A stretch of DNA of 64,000 nucleotides from Dimorphilus gyrociliatus (Eukaryota > Animalia > Annelida), in assembly GCA_904063045.1 (NCBI GenBank), contig CAJFCJ010000007.1:2239404-2303403 (forward strand), given 5' to 3'. The notes under the pieces were generated by a model. It was not told the origin of the DNA. It saw nothing but the letters and a program-made list of their open reading frames with translations, and searched no databases. Below, piece by piece: positions 43,749 to 58,700 of this stretch (position 1 is its first letter; each line of letters begins with the position of its first letter). The translations under genes and the position numbers were made by a program.

Positions 43749-46700
43749 TTACATTCTAATGCTTTTGAAAATATGACATTGGCACATTGAGCTTTGGCAG
43801 CTTATATATGCACCTCTCTGTTGCAGAAGACATGCCGTTTTGTTGTCTTTAACAATTATAGGAACTGCTACGCAATATTGTCCATCATAATAAAGTGGGC
43901 ATCGATACAGAGAACGAGTTTTACTGTTGTTAGCCGTAGCTACTAGAGAAAATTTTTGCAACTTTGTATATGTATCTGTAGATTCAACTGTTACAGTTAG
44001 TTGATTTTCAGTATCTAGGGAAGCATGGAAAAGGATGGCTTGATTAAGTTGAATATTGTATGGCGACTTTGGCGCATCCTCGAATAATACCTCAAACGAG
44101 CAAGAAGATACATCTCTGAAATTTCTTCTTGCATAATCATGTATCACACTCTGCAGGAAACTTTGTACATTAGGAGAACTCTCCAGCGTTATACGATCTT
44201 CTTTTAGGTGATCAGTGGCAAGGTTTAAGTGATTGGCTCTGATCATTTGGTTATCGATTGACGAATCATATGTAACAAAACCATTAACTATCTTTAGGGC
44301 GTATTCAATCTTATCTATTGCCTCTTTTACATCGATTTTTATTTGCCGCTTAGCTGCTTTCATCAATCCTTCTATTGGATAGAAAGTATTTGTATTATTA
44401 TGCTTGATACTATTAGCATTCTCATTAACGGTAACCATTTCTTTTGATAACTCAATGAACTTTGTTTTCCGATCATTCCAAAGACTAGTTAGAGTTTGGT
44501 ACGTGCTTTCGCCACCATCAACAACCTTCTTCAGAGATTTCATTAAAGCTTTGCTCAGCTCAGGATTGGTTCCAGAACAAGGAGAACTTAATTGTACATC
44601 ATCGTACTCTATCGCTCCTTGAACTGATGATTTTATTATTCGTTCATCAAAACAATCATAGGTAATTTCTATCAGCTCTTCAATAGCTTTTGGATTGTTT
44701 GCCGAAGTGATATTATTCTCTTTGGCTTGCCTTAGGAAGTCATTGACTTCTTTCAAATGTGAACGATTTACAGATGGCAGTTTCTTCTTTAATGAATTGT
44801 GCATACTATTCATTAGGCTAAGTTTACCTTTAGCAGTCTTTGAAATAGGTTCATATTTAGAAATAACTATTTTACTACCAAGTATCAGGTCAATTGGTAA
44901 TTTTTCAGAATTATTCAATGTCGACAAAATCCACAGTCTAAAGGACGGATTAACAGAATCTGCAGAATGGAGAACCGACGATAGGGACTTCTGAAGATTG
45001 GACGATGTGGTAAGATGAACATTCTGAATGATTAACCAATAACCTTGTGATTGGCAATCGATTAGGGAATTTTTAAATTCTGATAAATCATCGCTAGAAC
45101 AGGTAAGTACTGGAATACGGTTATTTATATGCATTTTTCTTGCTAATAACTGAATGCTTTCGGCTATTTTTAGACCACCCAATGTATCCTCTTCTTCTAG
45201 GATAAGAATTGGTTTTGAGTGTGAACTTTTATGGAAGGCCTCTTCCAGTTTAACTTCGTCATCGTCTAATAAAGCTCCAATACCCAATTCGTGTAGAATC
45301 AAAGCTCTGCTCACTTCCCAAATCTATTTTTAAACAGAAAAAATATAATTTGGTCTACTTTTTGGATGATTATTTTCATGGCGAATACTTACAAGTTCAG
45401 GCCTACAAATCCTCCATAAAATACTCTTGTCAAATGGTGATAAATGTAAGAATTTGAAGGAGGGAACATCTTCTATTAAACGAATTTGGCGATCACCGTA
45501 AAAGTAATGCTCCCACTTGTCTTTATCTTGAACAATTGCAGCTCTAATATTACGATACGTAGAACATTCCTTTTCTAAATTGCCCAATATATTCCATGTG
45601 TCATTGTTTAACCATTCTATTTCAGAATTATCGATTAACTTCTCCAATTTAGCACCATGAGAAAATCTAACAAGATCATTAATCGAGATGCTTTTCTTAT
45701 ATTCCATTCGGTCAAAAGTAATCAGCAGAGCAACTAGTCTTGAATCTATGTGACTCATACGTTGGTGGGCATCGTTAATTACGATATTTGTTAGGGCCTC
45801 AGTCAATTCCGCGGATCTAGCTTCCGGATTTGGGAATAGGTGTTTACCTCTAAATTTTTGAACTAGACAATCATTTACAAGCTGTTCAAAGTTCTTCCAA
45901 CTGATGTAATATGTGCGCCGTTTTAAAGAGGCTGCTATGTGATTTAATACGGCAAACATTCTTGCCGTTGACCAGGCTACTTTTTCGTAGGGAATTTCAT
46001 TGGCCATTAATTCTTCTTGAAGGTGTTTTGTTTCGGATAATGAATGCCTAATACCATCTAATAACTTTTGGAATTCAACTAGGCTATCCAAAAGAGATGG
46101 ATCATCGATTAATGAACCATTTACAGCTTTTGTCTTTGCCTCAATACTAGCTATAATATATCTTTCTTCTCCCTCGTGATGATCAACGTCGGCCATCAAC
46201 GACCTCAATTGAGCCGCGTGTTGGGGACGTTCAAACGTTAATATTGAATCGAGTATGCAACGATAATGAACATTTGCTGATAAGGTTAAATCAATAAATT
46301 TCCCTCCGAATTCTTCTGATTTAGACATCCAAGTAGGCGTACAATAACTGACAAAAACTTTAAAATCGTCATGACGTTCGCTTAAAATACTATTCAACAT
46401 ATCTTTAACCTTATATGGTATATTATTACGTTCGGCGTGTTTTATAAGTAGAGTATGTCCTTTAATTAGAGCTTCGTTGGCCGTACTCTCCAGGTTCGGA
46501 TCTCCAGCACTTGTAACAACTAATGTAGAGTGGTTTAAAGTCCTCAACCAACGTTCAGCTTCATTATCTGGATCATAAACTAGCGTTGTTCCATTTTTCT
46601 TGTCCAAACCATTTTCACGTAATATAATTGCATTTTGCAACGATTGTTTATCTGATAGCGATGAAAAGTTTGACGATCTCCATTCTCTTCTTTCATCCCA

Positions 46701-49700
46701 GGTTGTCATGACGTCGATAAAGTCATAGCTATCTCTTATAAGAAGGCCACAATGTTGGATTTTTTCAATCCAGTCATTTAGTAAATGAACTCTAATACCT
46801 TGAGGAAGGTGAGATAAATAAGTTACGGTTGCTGCTGAAAGTAGTGCATCGCCAGAGGCGCACTTGACATTGCGGGAAGCATTTTTCAATTCTGTTTTCC
46901 ATCTTTGTTGTTGTTCGCTCATAGTCTCCATCAAAGCTTCAGCCCTATCAACTCTCCTCTCTAACGATTGTATTTGCTTCTCTAATTTCTTACTGGCTTC
47001 AACAGTTTGCTTATGCTTGGCAATACTTCTTTCCAAAACATTCTTTAATCGTTCCGCTAGAAGCTTCTTCTTTCCTAATTCCGCCTTTGCTTGTTCTATA
47101 TTGTCCTCCAATTTTTGAACGTCTGCTTTCAGATCTCTAACACCTTTTGTATGCACAGCATATCGATAAATTGCTCCCAACCAACTAGAGAATGCAGATG
47201 CAGCCAATGAAACAACTTCTACTGCTTCGGGATGAAGAGGTCTCAATTTCTTACCAAGCTCCTTTAAAATTTTCTCATCAACATTGTCTCTGTCAAAGAA
47301 TTCTAAATCTGTAAAGAAATTATCTCTCATTAATAGTTGACGAGCCGACATCCATGACTGCTCTTCTCCAAATAGGAGAGCTACCAGCTGTAACACTTGT
47401 TTAACCATATCTGGGGGTTCTCTATATTGCCGAACTTCGTAGAAGGAACTTGGATCAATCGATTTCACAGCTGCTACTGCCATATCAAAATCATTCTGAT
47501 TGTGATCTATCTCAAGCCAAGAACTTGGAACGTCAATACCAGTAGTGTAAACATAATCAGACGGTGCTCCTTGAATCCATTGGTCTGGTTTCCTCTTTTT
47601 TGTTTCACATTTCATCTTTTCTTTTAATTCCTCTAGAGGCCTTTGAAGTTGATGTAAATTCGATTCGTCTTCTTTAACACGATTCAAAGCTTGAACATAA
47701 TCATCTCTCTCTTTCCCAACTAGATCTTTTAATTGATCGATTTGATCTCTAAATGATTTCTTTTTATCTCGGCATTGATTGATATATGTTTGTAAATCGG
47801 CAATTGTATCGAATGCCTCCGAAACTTTACCTAGACCGTCTCTCCTTGCTATAAGATTAGCTTCGGCACTCTCTTGCAATTGAACAACTAATTTTTTATA
47901 TTCGTCTACAAACCAAAAGAATGTTTTAAGTGAGAAGGCGGATAGATAACGTGGCGGCGAAGGAAATTGTGCCCTATATAAATCGCCAGACGTCTGATGT
48001 ATATAAGCCATAACTTCACCAATAGTTTGATGATTCGACGACGGTATTAGCTTGGTGGCAATACACTGATAGGCTTCCGTTGTCCAAGGTTCATAATTAT
48101 CGATTATAGCGCCTTTGGAGAGAATTGGTGATAAATTTGCCATTAAATTTGAGAAGTCAGTCATATTGTGAAGATTTTCCGTATTTCTATCGATACAGAT
48201 GACAAAGTGTAAATTTGCTTGTAGATTCTTTACATATTTCAACAACGCTGCGTGAATTCTATCAATTTTTGCCACCTTAACTCCGGCAACATTCAGAGCT
48301 ATATCTGCTTTTTCAGCGTCCGTAAACATTTGAGGAGTGTAGCCAGTTTGGACAATACAAACAACGGTTTTTATATCTTCAACGTTCTTAACGACTACAA
48401 CTGTAGGTTTGCAGGATACACCTGCAGCATGGCAAGCATTTTTCAATGTTTGTTCGTCACTTCCCTCTATGAACAAACAATTGGACATGAGACAAGCCAG
48501 CTTAACGCATGTTGACCTTCCGAATTTCCGATAAGAGGAAAATAGCAAACTATGAGAGCCTTGTAGACTGAAGCATCTAGTTAACCTTATAACGTGTAGA
48601 GCAGCTTGTTCAAAGGGAATAAAGTTCATGTTTTCCAAACCTTCTACACTTCTATGTAGAGCTTCGACAAGTTCTCTTTTGCTTACCTCCATATATTCTG
48701 TAAAGTTGAATATTATAGATACTCGTGAAATTAATTCATCTATTATTAAAGCTTACGTCTATCGCCAATATCATTTGGTACTGCCAAATAAGGGCCAAAT
48801 ACAAAACGAGCAAATATTATCTCGGAGGATGAAAGCTTCTCTTCTAAAACATCTTTTACACTTAATAAAGGACCCGAAACTTCTGTTGATTCGGCAGAGA
48901 ATAAAACCCTAAAATTGGCACTGGTACGATGCGATCCTCTAGATGTCATTTTACTACTTCCTGTAAAGAGTATTGAAATGAGGTTAACCCGTTTAATTAC
49001 TTAATTAACTAATTATGATCATTTACTTCGAGACGTTTGATTTCCCCTACTTGGTGGTTGAGGAACGTCCGTTGTAGCGGAAGTTTGTCCTTTCGAGAAG
49101 AATTTCTTCTTTAACTTTTGCAATTGATCTAAGAAGATAAATTGTAAAAATGGTGTACAATGTACAGTATTAATAATTGAAATTAATTTAATAAAAGTCT
49201 ATTGACTAACCTATTCGCCTAATTTCTTCGTCCGTATTTTCAAATAAGGTTGTCGAGCTGCTACAACTCGTTGGTTGAGAGTATGTGGTCTCCTCAGAAT
49301 CGCTAGTTACCGAACTATCTTCGTTTCGGCTATATTCAATTGATGTGGCTTTCAGTTTTGATAGATTCCTGCTTGAGCTGTCCTGCTTCGATGTTGTCTT
49401 TGTTTGTTGTCTTACAGGAGGAGATAATGGATCAGGTTCATTTTCATTATCTTCGTCGTCGTTTTCCTCCTCTTCACTACTGGTATCCAAACCTTCGGGT
49501 ATTGCCGCCATAGGTTGTGAAAAGTCCTCAGTTTCCGCCGATGAACAGAAATATTTGGACAGAGATTGCTCTAAAATTTCATCAAACCAGTGTTTATCGC
49601 TTTTATCAACGAAACGATCCGAGAATATGCGATTGTTCTCATGAATCCATAACCTTACAATAGATCTGACACATGAACCTGTTGCAGCACTTCCTGAACC

Positions 49701-52700
49701 AATTGAAAGTTTTGGCATTCTAGGCCTTGGTGTGAATAGAGTCATACCGCCGATAACGTCGTATAAGTTTTGGCTTGTGAATATATAATGAGGTGTTAGC
49801 GGCGTTGGACGGAAACGACGCCGAACTTCTTCGTAAACTTCAACGCTTGCTTGAACAACTGCCCTGGCTAATTTTGATACGTTAGGAATGGAATATGTCG
49901 GAAACTCCTCCATCCAAGAAAGTACCCGACGTCCAAAGATGAAAGTTAAATCTTCTTTTGTTGGTTGACCCAAATTAATAACGTTTATATGTCTTAAAAA
50001 TCGAGAATTCATGAAGGTTGTTTTTCCATAACCTGCTACTCCAGACACCGAAGTTGATAATATAAAGTACGCTATGTGAAAATCGAGATGGCGCCTCTTG
50101 TCAACGCTATATACCCGTTGTTCACATACTGCTTGCCTTAGCATTTCTGAAACGGATTCGGTAGCTAAATGTAAATCATCAATGAAAAAGTTTATATTCT
50201 CAGCAGGCGATTGATGTAACTTGGTCTTTCTAGCGGCTACTTGCTTGGAATACAGTTCATTTACGTGGGCCGCAAGTTGGTTTTGAAAAGATTTTGACTC
50301 ATAAAGAGGGTTCATAGCAAATGGAGTAAGATGAAGCTTTGGCGCGAGAATCTTATTGACAAATGTTGACTTTCCACAACCATTTTCGCCAGTTATTAAT
50401 ATAGTTTTGTGTGCTTGAAGATAAATCTCGGCTAAATAAGAACATTTCTCCACTGTTGATGTAAATACGTAATTTCCCGTTTTATCAGCGGTAGTTGATT
50501 TCCATTTTATCCATTCACCATTTCCACTTGTGTTTATACAATAGTCAAAGACCGATCCTTCTTCAGGTATATTAATTGATACAGGAGCGAGGGTAAGCAT
50601 CTTTCTAAAGGCATTATTAAAAGATGTCCAATAATTAGCGCATAAATTTCCTCCTATAGACCATATAAAAGCGAATGCTATAAGGTTTCTGAGTAAAAGT
50701 AAATAATTCTGTATTAGATCTTCAGGCTTCCTCTTCATGCTATCCTCCTCCGAAACCTTTTCCCAATGTTTTCGGGAAAGGAATTTATCGAAAATAGCTC
50801 CCAATAAAGAAGTAAAAGAAGCTATTTCAAATATTCCAAGACTTGAAGTATTCTTCCTCCTAAATTCAGGCGAAGAGTACTCAAATAAGCAATGCGTCCA
50901 GGAATTGCTTGACTCATTTTGTAATAGATTATTAAATAAGAACGATATAAAAGTCTGCATTAACTGCTCACTAGCAGAATTTAATACCCATTTTTGTCTT
51001 GCATCACCCAGCCATCGATCCAGCAGATCGCGCCAAAATACACTTTCTCCGTCCGAGCAATGAACAACGTAGCATCTTCCAAATAAAGTTGGAGATGCAT
51101 TATCAGTATTCGTTGTTTCGGATAATAGGCGAATACCGTCTAAAAGACACTTATTATAAGATAACGATACGATTACATGTTATTAACTAACCGTTAAGGA
51201 AAATAGTTGAAGAATCGGGTAATCTTAGGCATCTCGTTTGATCGAATACGCATGAGGTTGATTCAAGCCAATGGGCATTTAAATCACCATCAAAAATAAT
51301 CCATTTTTGTAGAAGGTTGCTTGTTGCTGAGTTATTTCCATCATCTCCGGGTAATTTCCTTAAAGACGACTTTTTGGAAACTTCCAATTGTTCATTTGCT
51401 GCTGTGAAGATTGTATGTAATATTCCTCTTTGGAATGTACGACCTTTATAATATCCGACTAAATCTTCACTTGAATAGGCGTTTGGTAAAATAACTTCTA
51501 GATCAACTTGAACACCTTCAACGCATTTTGTACTACTGTGGGCGCTAACTTCCATTGCAGCTTGAACATCCGCAGTTGCTCCAGCTTTTGCGCCAATTTT
51601 TTGCCATTTTTTAGCTTGCTGTTCAATTTTCTCATCGGTTGGTAAGGATTTTAATACCTTTAATTTGTTTGCCATGTGAACACTTAAACCCCTTTGAGGT
51701 TCCATTGAAATTTCTTTTTTCTCTACAATTTCACCTCCCTTTGCCAAAGTTGTTAAGGAATCGGCTAATAAAGTATACATAGTGGTCTTCCCGCTACCTC
51801 CTATTCCGCTTATTAGTATTGGTTGTTTAGTTTGAATAGCAGTGTACAATTGCATAATTTTATCTATCATTTGCTTCCTAACTGTCATTTTTCTCAATCT
51901 GAGCTGTTCTTCAAGTATATTAGTGAATTTCATATCAAATTCAGCCGATCTAGGTCTAGAGTTATGAGGGAAAGAATCTCTTATTAACTCATTTAATCTC
52001 TGAGAATCATCTATGTTCAATTTTGAGGAGAGAACATTTCGAATAGCTTTAACGAGAGACGCTTCTTCATCTCTCTCATAGTCTATTGATCCATCACTTT
52101 TCGAAGCCTGCAATTGTAGGGTATACTGATAATAAGAGCTGGCTATTTGTAATATACTCTTTATGATTGTAAATCCAGTGTAGACGTCCTTTAATTGTTC
52201 CTTTACTAGTTCAAGGAGAATTGAGAATCTTTTAGCTAAATTTGAAGCACTTGGAAATCCACTGGAAAATAGGTATCGTTCAATAATAATTCTCAAATCC
52301 ATAACTTTAAGAGAAACCGGCCTTAAATAGCTCAATAAATTACTTGGTAATTGAACTTTTCTATTTGAATCCAATGATGTGAATATTGTTACAGTTGAGT
52401 TGGTTCTAACTAACTTTCCATTAATAATCACATGACCGCAAAAATGTGGTTTATACGTCCAATTATATATAAAGGATTCTTGTTGGGCAATTGCAGTTTC
52501 ATAAATTGATTCATATTCGAAGGGCATCTTTTTGTTATTAATTCCAAATGCTAGATAATCTCTTACTCCTATTTCCTTATAAACAGAATGTCGTCTAGAT
52601 TCCTTCTCTTTAATCCAAGTATTTTCAAAGTACGTATGTAAGCCATCTTCGTTAAATCCGTGCGGTACTGTTAATTGGCGTTCAACAGGAATTGGATTTG

Positions 52701-55700
52701 ACGGTAAAGAATGAAGAGTATTCAAAGAATTTCGACGAATTACCAAAGATTCGCTATTATTTGGTAAGAGCTTGTCATTCTGAACAAAAGTCATGTCGTG
52801 CCTAGCTCGACCTCTTCTCAAATATTCACTTTCGTCTTGAGAATTAAGCAAGGTCATAGTAGTCGAAATCGTTTGGAAATAATCTCCTAGCAACGATAAG
52901 TTATTGATAGAAAGAGATTCCATATCGTCGAAGAAGACGCCAGATCCGGAGCTCAATGCTCCTATAACTGATCTTGTTAGCGTATCTACGGTTGTAAGTT
53001 TACTGCATTGAACAGTAAAAGCTGGACGACCAATTATAGAAAGGAATTCTTTTACAGTTGAGGAACTACCAAATCCCTTTCCACTGCAGACTGAAGGAAA
53101 TCTAAAATCTTTAATAGCTTTTGAAAGGCCGATAAAGCATCTTTCAGTGAGAGGTGTTATGATAAGACGTTGAGTGGGGGGTAAATATTCGTATTCATAA
53201 CGGAAAGTTTGATCCAATTGATGAACTTCAATTTCTCTTAATTTTTGACGATTTATAATAGATTTTCCACAATTAGTTGGGCTTAGATTGGTTTCAGTAT
53301 GAGCCTCGTATCTTATTGAAGCCCACCAAGCAAAATCGTTGGGTTCCACACTTGGTTTCGCCAGTATATTTTCAATAATATCCCTATGATAAAGAGCTTG
53401 AGATATTAGACAGTACAAGACTGTGTGTAATCTCTTCTCGTTTTCATTTTGCAGCTCTTTCTGCATATTTTCCCTGACAACTGTTACGTATTGTTCGATA
53501 CAATGACGTTTTTTACCTCTTAAATCTCTTAATTCGTTTTCTAGACCATCTTTTAAAGCGTTATCAACAGATTCGGACCAGATTATAGCTTCCGATAAGA
53601 GAACGCATTGCAGAGGAAATCGCAAGAGCCAATGTTCAAAAGTACTTTTTATATTAACCACAATTTTTTCAACATCGTCCTTGGATGCTTTCGCCTTTTC
53701 AAGCTGTTCTAATATGGTATAAGGTTCCTCATCTTTGTCCATTCTTGTTTCCATGCAACCCTCCAGAAGACTGTGAATAGTATTCTTGGAAACTCTTTCT
53801 AATTTCGATAACCACTCCGAAATATTTTCGGCTGGCTGTATTCGCTCTAAAAGGTCAACTTCTTCTTGATGGGTCGACACCATTCCAGAGACTTCTAATA
53901 AGCGAGCGTTCAATTCCATATCTAAAGTTTGATTAATTGATGGTAAATTTTTTGGCAGAGAAAATCTAAGATTACGAATTCCAGCGAATAATTTCCTAAC
54001 AAGAGGCATTAGCGATCTAGGATCGTCGCTGAGAGAAATGATCGACGTCAATTCATCATCGGATACCATATATAATCTTGGAAACTCCCTTCTTGTACTA
54101 TCCAATAGGCTATTTAAACTAGCTATTATATTTTCTTGACGAGTTATAATCGATCTTAAATGATGGGCTAATTGTTCCCCTTGCAAAACTCTATGACCTT
54201 TGACTCCTTTTGGTCTTGGCGCTACATTTATTACCAGAGGATCGATTTGTATACTTCTGATAACTTCCATGCATAAAGAATGATTGTATTCAAATAGTAT
54301 TGCTTGACTGTAAAACTTGCGGTAAAGTAAAGGCTCGTCAAAGATTTTTAACAAATAAAGCCACTGAAAAGGTTATTAAGAAGGTATTTTAGTATTAAGA
54401 CAAAGGGAATAAAGAGAAAGATAACTTACCTTATCCTGAACTTTTTGCCAAAGTTCAAGAATTTCATCAACATATAACAGGTCGTTGTAAAAATCTCTAG
54501 CATTTTTCTCATTATCGCATAAATTTCCAGATTCCAGCATACATTGCAGTTGCAATCTTCCATCTTCCAACAGGAAACGAAGATCTTCTAAAGAGCTAAG
54601 CATAAACAATTCTTCATAGTTTATTTTAAGTTTCCTTTTACTTAAAGTTGTCGAAGATTGTACAGCTTCTCTATACTGTTCTAAACTACTCTTTTTTTGT
54701 TTAACAGATGGCGTTCTAGCTCTTAAACTTTCACTTTTAGGTATAGGCCTAGCCAAGAGAAATTTACGATCAACCCATACTTCGAGAACTTTTTCAAGTC
54801 TATTTTCCACGTCAAACTCCTTAAGGGCCTTTTCGTAAATATCATCAATTTGTTTCTCATACTTCTTCAAATCGAAAGAATATAACTCTTCAACTGTATA
54901 TTTATAATCCGATTTGTATATTTGTCCCATTGAAACTAAGATGGCTCTCCAGTGTCGGGCTTTTAAAGCCGAATTCTCCAGTTTATATAAAATTGGTACA
55001 ACTGAATGAAAATCTGCTAAAATGTCGTATAGATGACGAACAACTTTATCTCCCGGGGAAACGGCTTGTCTAAGTTGACCAGTTGCAGCTAAACATTCTG
55101 TAAGTTTGTCAAGAGCCTTTCGAGCGTTGAATTTATTCAATGTCATTCTCTTCCATTCATTAATACTGTTTGAAGCGACTTGAACGTATTTCCATAATTC
55201 TAATCGAACATCCATTCTAGATCCCATTTCAACTAGAAAAGATAAGTCATATCCTTCGCCAACAATTGCTTCCTTCCATTTACTAGCTTCAGCCATCTTC
55301 TTTTCAATCTCAACGAATTTTTCTCTCAACTATAACAACGATTCATCTTATGTTTTTAAACCTTTCAACATCCAATGTATTTATACTTACGTTTCGCAAT
55401 TCAATAATCATATCAGTAGGATCTTGAGTATGATCCAAATACTTTCCCGAAGTAGCCGTTTCGTATAATTCCCTAATAGTTTCTTCCAATTTCTAAAAGT
55501 TGAAAAAGAAAAAACAAATGATTTTTCAACAATCCGAAAAAATGTTATCTATTTGTTTGTCATATAATAAAAAAGGTTGACATTAAAAATGCTGTCAAAA
55601 CAACTGGTAAACAAAAACACAAAATATATCTTCTTTGTCTTCTTCTTCTTCTTAGTTAGATTCTAAAAGGCGACGCTTTATTAACATTTGTGTAAAAAAA

Positions 55701-58700
55701 AAACAATAAACCGGACAGGTGAAGGGATTTAAAGAAAAAACAACAAAATATTTAAACATGTGCATTATATAGCTTTTCTATTATAATTGTATAAAAAAAA
55801 ACTGTCACAACAACCAATAAATAAGCACAACATTTGTGGGGGATTTTTTTTATCATTTTTACCATAAATTCACTTGGTTTTTGAGACGCTTCGTGTATTG
55901 CTTGTTTGGTTTTTGCTTTTTTCAACCGATTCTAGTAATAATATAATATTTTTTTTATATATGCTATTTATAGAAAGTTGTTTGCCATTGATGCGATATT
56001 ATATATGCAAAATTATTCAAAAATCTTATATAAATAGAGTAAACTGTAAGTAAAACGTTACTTACGGCGTATGTATCCTCCAAATTACTACTGATAATTG
56101 GTGTATGGGTGTTGACAAACTCAACGGCTTCCTGTTAAAAAGAATTATAAAGATACGTGGATTTTTGAGAGAAAGGAATATTTTAAACCTGTAAAGCAAC
56201 AACAAATGTTTGCCAAGTATCGTAAAGTTTCTCTTCGCTATTATCAACTTTTTCAGAAATTCCAGCTTGTCTTACAACTTCGTAAAGAGATTTTATATAA
56301 TCGACTTTAATATTAAAATTTCCAACGTTAGCTTTACATTCATTTACAGTTCTAGCAAAAGCAGCAAAACCTGCAACGTCTGTACATTTATCCTCCATTT
56401 TCTAAATATTATAAAACATGCTATTCAGTTATGAATTAAAGCAATCTTTAATATTAGTACTAACAGTACACGCTTCCTTTAGGATATTTGTCAATGATTT
56501 AGCCATACTATTTGCCTCACTACCAACGTAATTGCATAAATCTTTATAAGCTCCATTTAACCTTGGAATAAGATATGTGTGCACTCCTGTACAATCAACG
56601 CAAAAGAGACCATTTTCGCATATAACTAACTTGTCAAATGCTTTAACTTTTTCAATATATTGCTTAATTTCGCTCAGTTTTTGCTACAAAATTCATAATA
56701 TATACTATATATTGATATTAGAAAATTCTCTCCTTACTTCAATTGTAAAAGCAGCTTTATCTTTCCACTGATTGACATGATTACTCTTCCATTTACTCGC
56801 GAAAGCGTATATTTCATTTAACCAGGCGTTACTATTACAAAAATCTTCAATATCCTTTAACGATTCATCAACTAAACTTTCTTCGAGTTGTAATGATTCC
56901 TGATAGAAGTCACTAGTTGTTTTAAAAAGAAATTAAATAATTAGACGCCTTTTTCTTTTTTTATTTTGCTTGTACGAAACTAACTCATTGTCTAATTTAT
57001 GTTGTAGATTTCCCCTGCTTAAAGGTGAATATTGTCCTATGAATCCAACACCGGTTATCATTAAATCTTTCTCGGCTTCTGGAGGTTTGACTAGAGGAGG
57101 AGTTTTCTGACCCATATCATCGTTTTCCTTAGTAGGCAATTCTAAAAGAATAAAACAATTGAATAAGCATTGGCACACTGTGGAGAGGGTATAGCTAACC
57201 TTCAATTTTTATGTTGGGAGGTGACATAATTCGGCGTTTATCAGCAGCTTTTTTATCTCTTTTAGAAGGTCGACGAGTGAAAGACATCTCCGCTAACATA
57301 ACATCCTCATTTCCAACAGTCTCTGGTACATTTACCTTAATAGCTCCATCAATATTTTCAGCAGCTTTCGATAATAAATCAGCAACGTTTGTCACAGTTT
57401 TTCTTAAGCTTGACTTTAGACGATCGTAATTTGGCGAAATAGTTAATTGGTCGGATTCGAATACGAGAAAACATTTCATAAAAGCGTCTCTATCATCATT
57501 TGTACCGCAATTAAGATTATCTTTAACGAATGATACAACACTTTCGCGTGCAATTTGAACAAGATGAGCGAGTAGCAGTTGATCAATGAGCTTCGCTAAG
57601 TTACCCAATCGCCTAAAATGATCAAAACGAAAGGGATGAATTTATATAAACTCGAAAAAAGAAATTTACCTAGCTTCGTCCTTAGCTACTCTTAGATTAT
57701 CCATTCTTTGCAAATGTTTCTTCTTTTGCAGATGTATTGAGTCTTTAGAACTAGAAAATAAAGGCGAAATGATATACCTGCACGTTGGATTGTACAAGGA
57801 AAATAATTAACTTACAAAACTGGCTGATAGCTCATCTGTTCCATGCAATGTCTTAATCTCTTGAAACATTCTTCAGTTGTAACGTCTAGTACTATTTGAT
57901 TGTATTTAACAAACTTTTCCAAAACTTCCCTAGCCTCGATGGCCTTTGCTTCAACATCATCCTCAAATTCGGATAGAAGATACGATTTTCTGTTTATTAA
58001 TTTATTGAATTTTTATATTAAAACAGGGAAGAACGAGGAAGAGAGGTTTTTGAATTAACCTTATATCGTCTGGTAAAAACTGTAATCGTAGGCATTCATT
58101 ACACAATCTATAAACATGTAGTAGTGCAGAACCATAGCTATTTACGGATTGCAAATGAGTAGTTAAAACATTTTTTCTAATACGACAAAATTTCTTTTTA
58201 CTGGAATTATGCAGCCAACTGCAAAAGGAGAAAAGAATAAAATACTCAACAACAAATACTACAATACTATTGTTGTTGAATGACGAACCGTTGAAACATC
58301 TTTTTAACAAGGAAATTCTTAAAGAAAGCAATTTTTGAACATGCTTCCCACAATACTGCGTATTTATACCATTCTTCTAATAATAAAGTTTCGGACGGTT
58401 GATTTGCCACAACATGTAAAACGCCAAATACGGAAAATACAAAATGCTCACGGTTCACCTTATCTTTTGGCACACTTATTAAATCATAAGGTCTATAATG
58501 CTTATCGGATGCTTTTAGATTCAAGTAGACACATCTATTAAGAAAAATAAAACAATTCTCATCACATTTCTATATAACATTTTATTTGATTAAGATTTTA
58601 GACTAACCGTATTTTTCCTAGATTTTTCATCTTTGTTAGATATTCAACAGCTTCTCGTCCACTTAAATTCTCAGGAACTGTTCCTACCTCAACATCAGGT

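Noticed and set aside
46864-51063. Short plus-strand ORFs antisense to DNHD1 (and similar ones over syntenin, RBM45, claudin)
   Set aside because: Shadow ORFs of long coding exons with no recognisable motifs.
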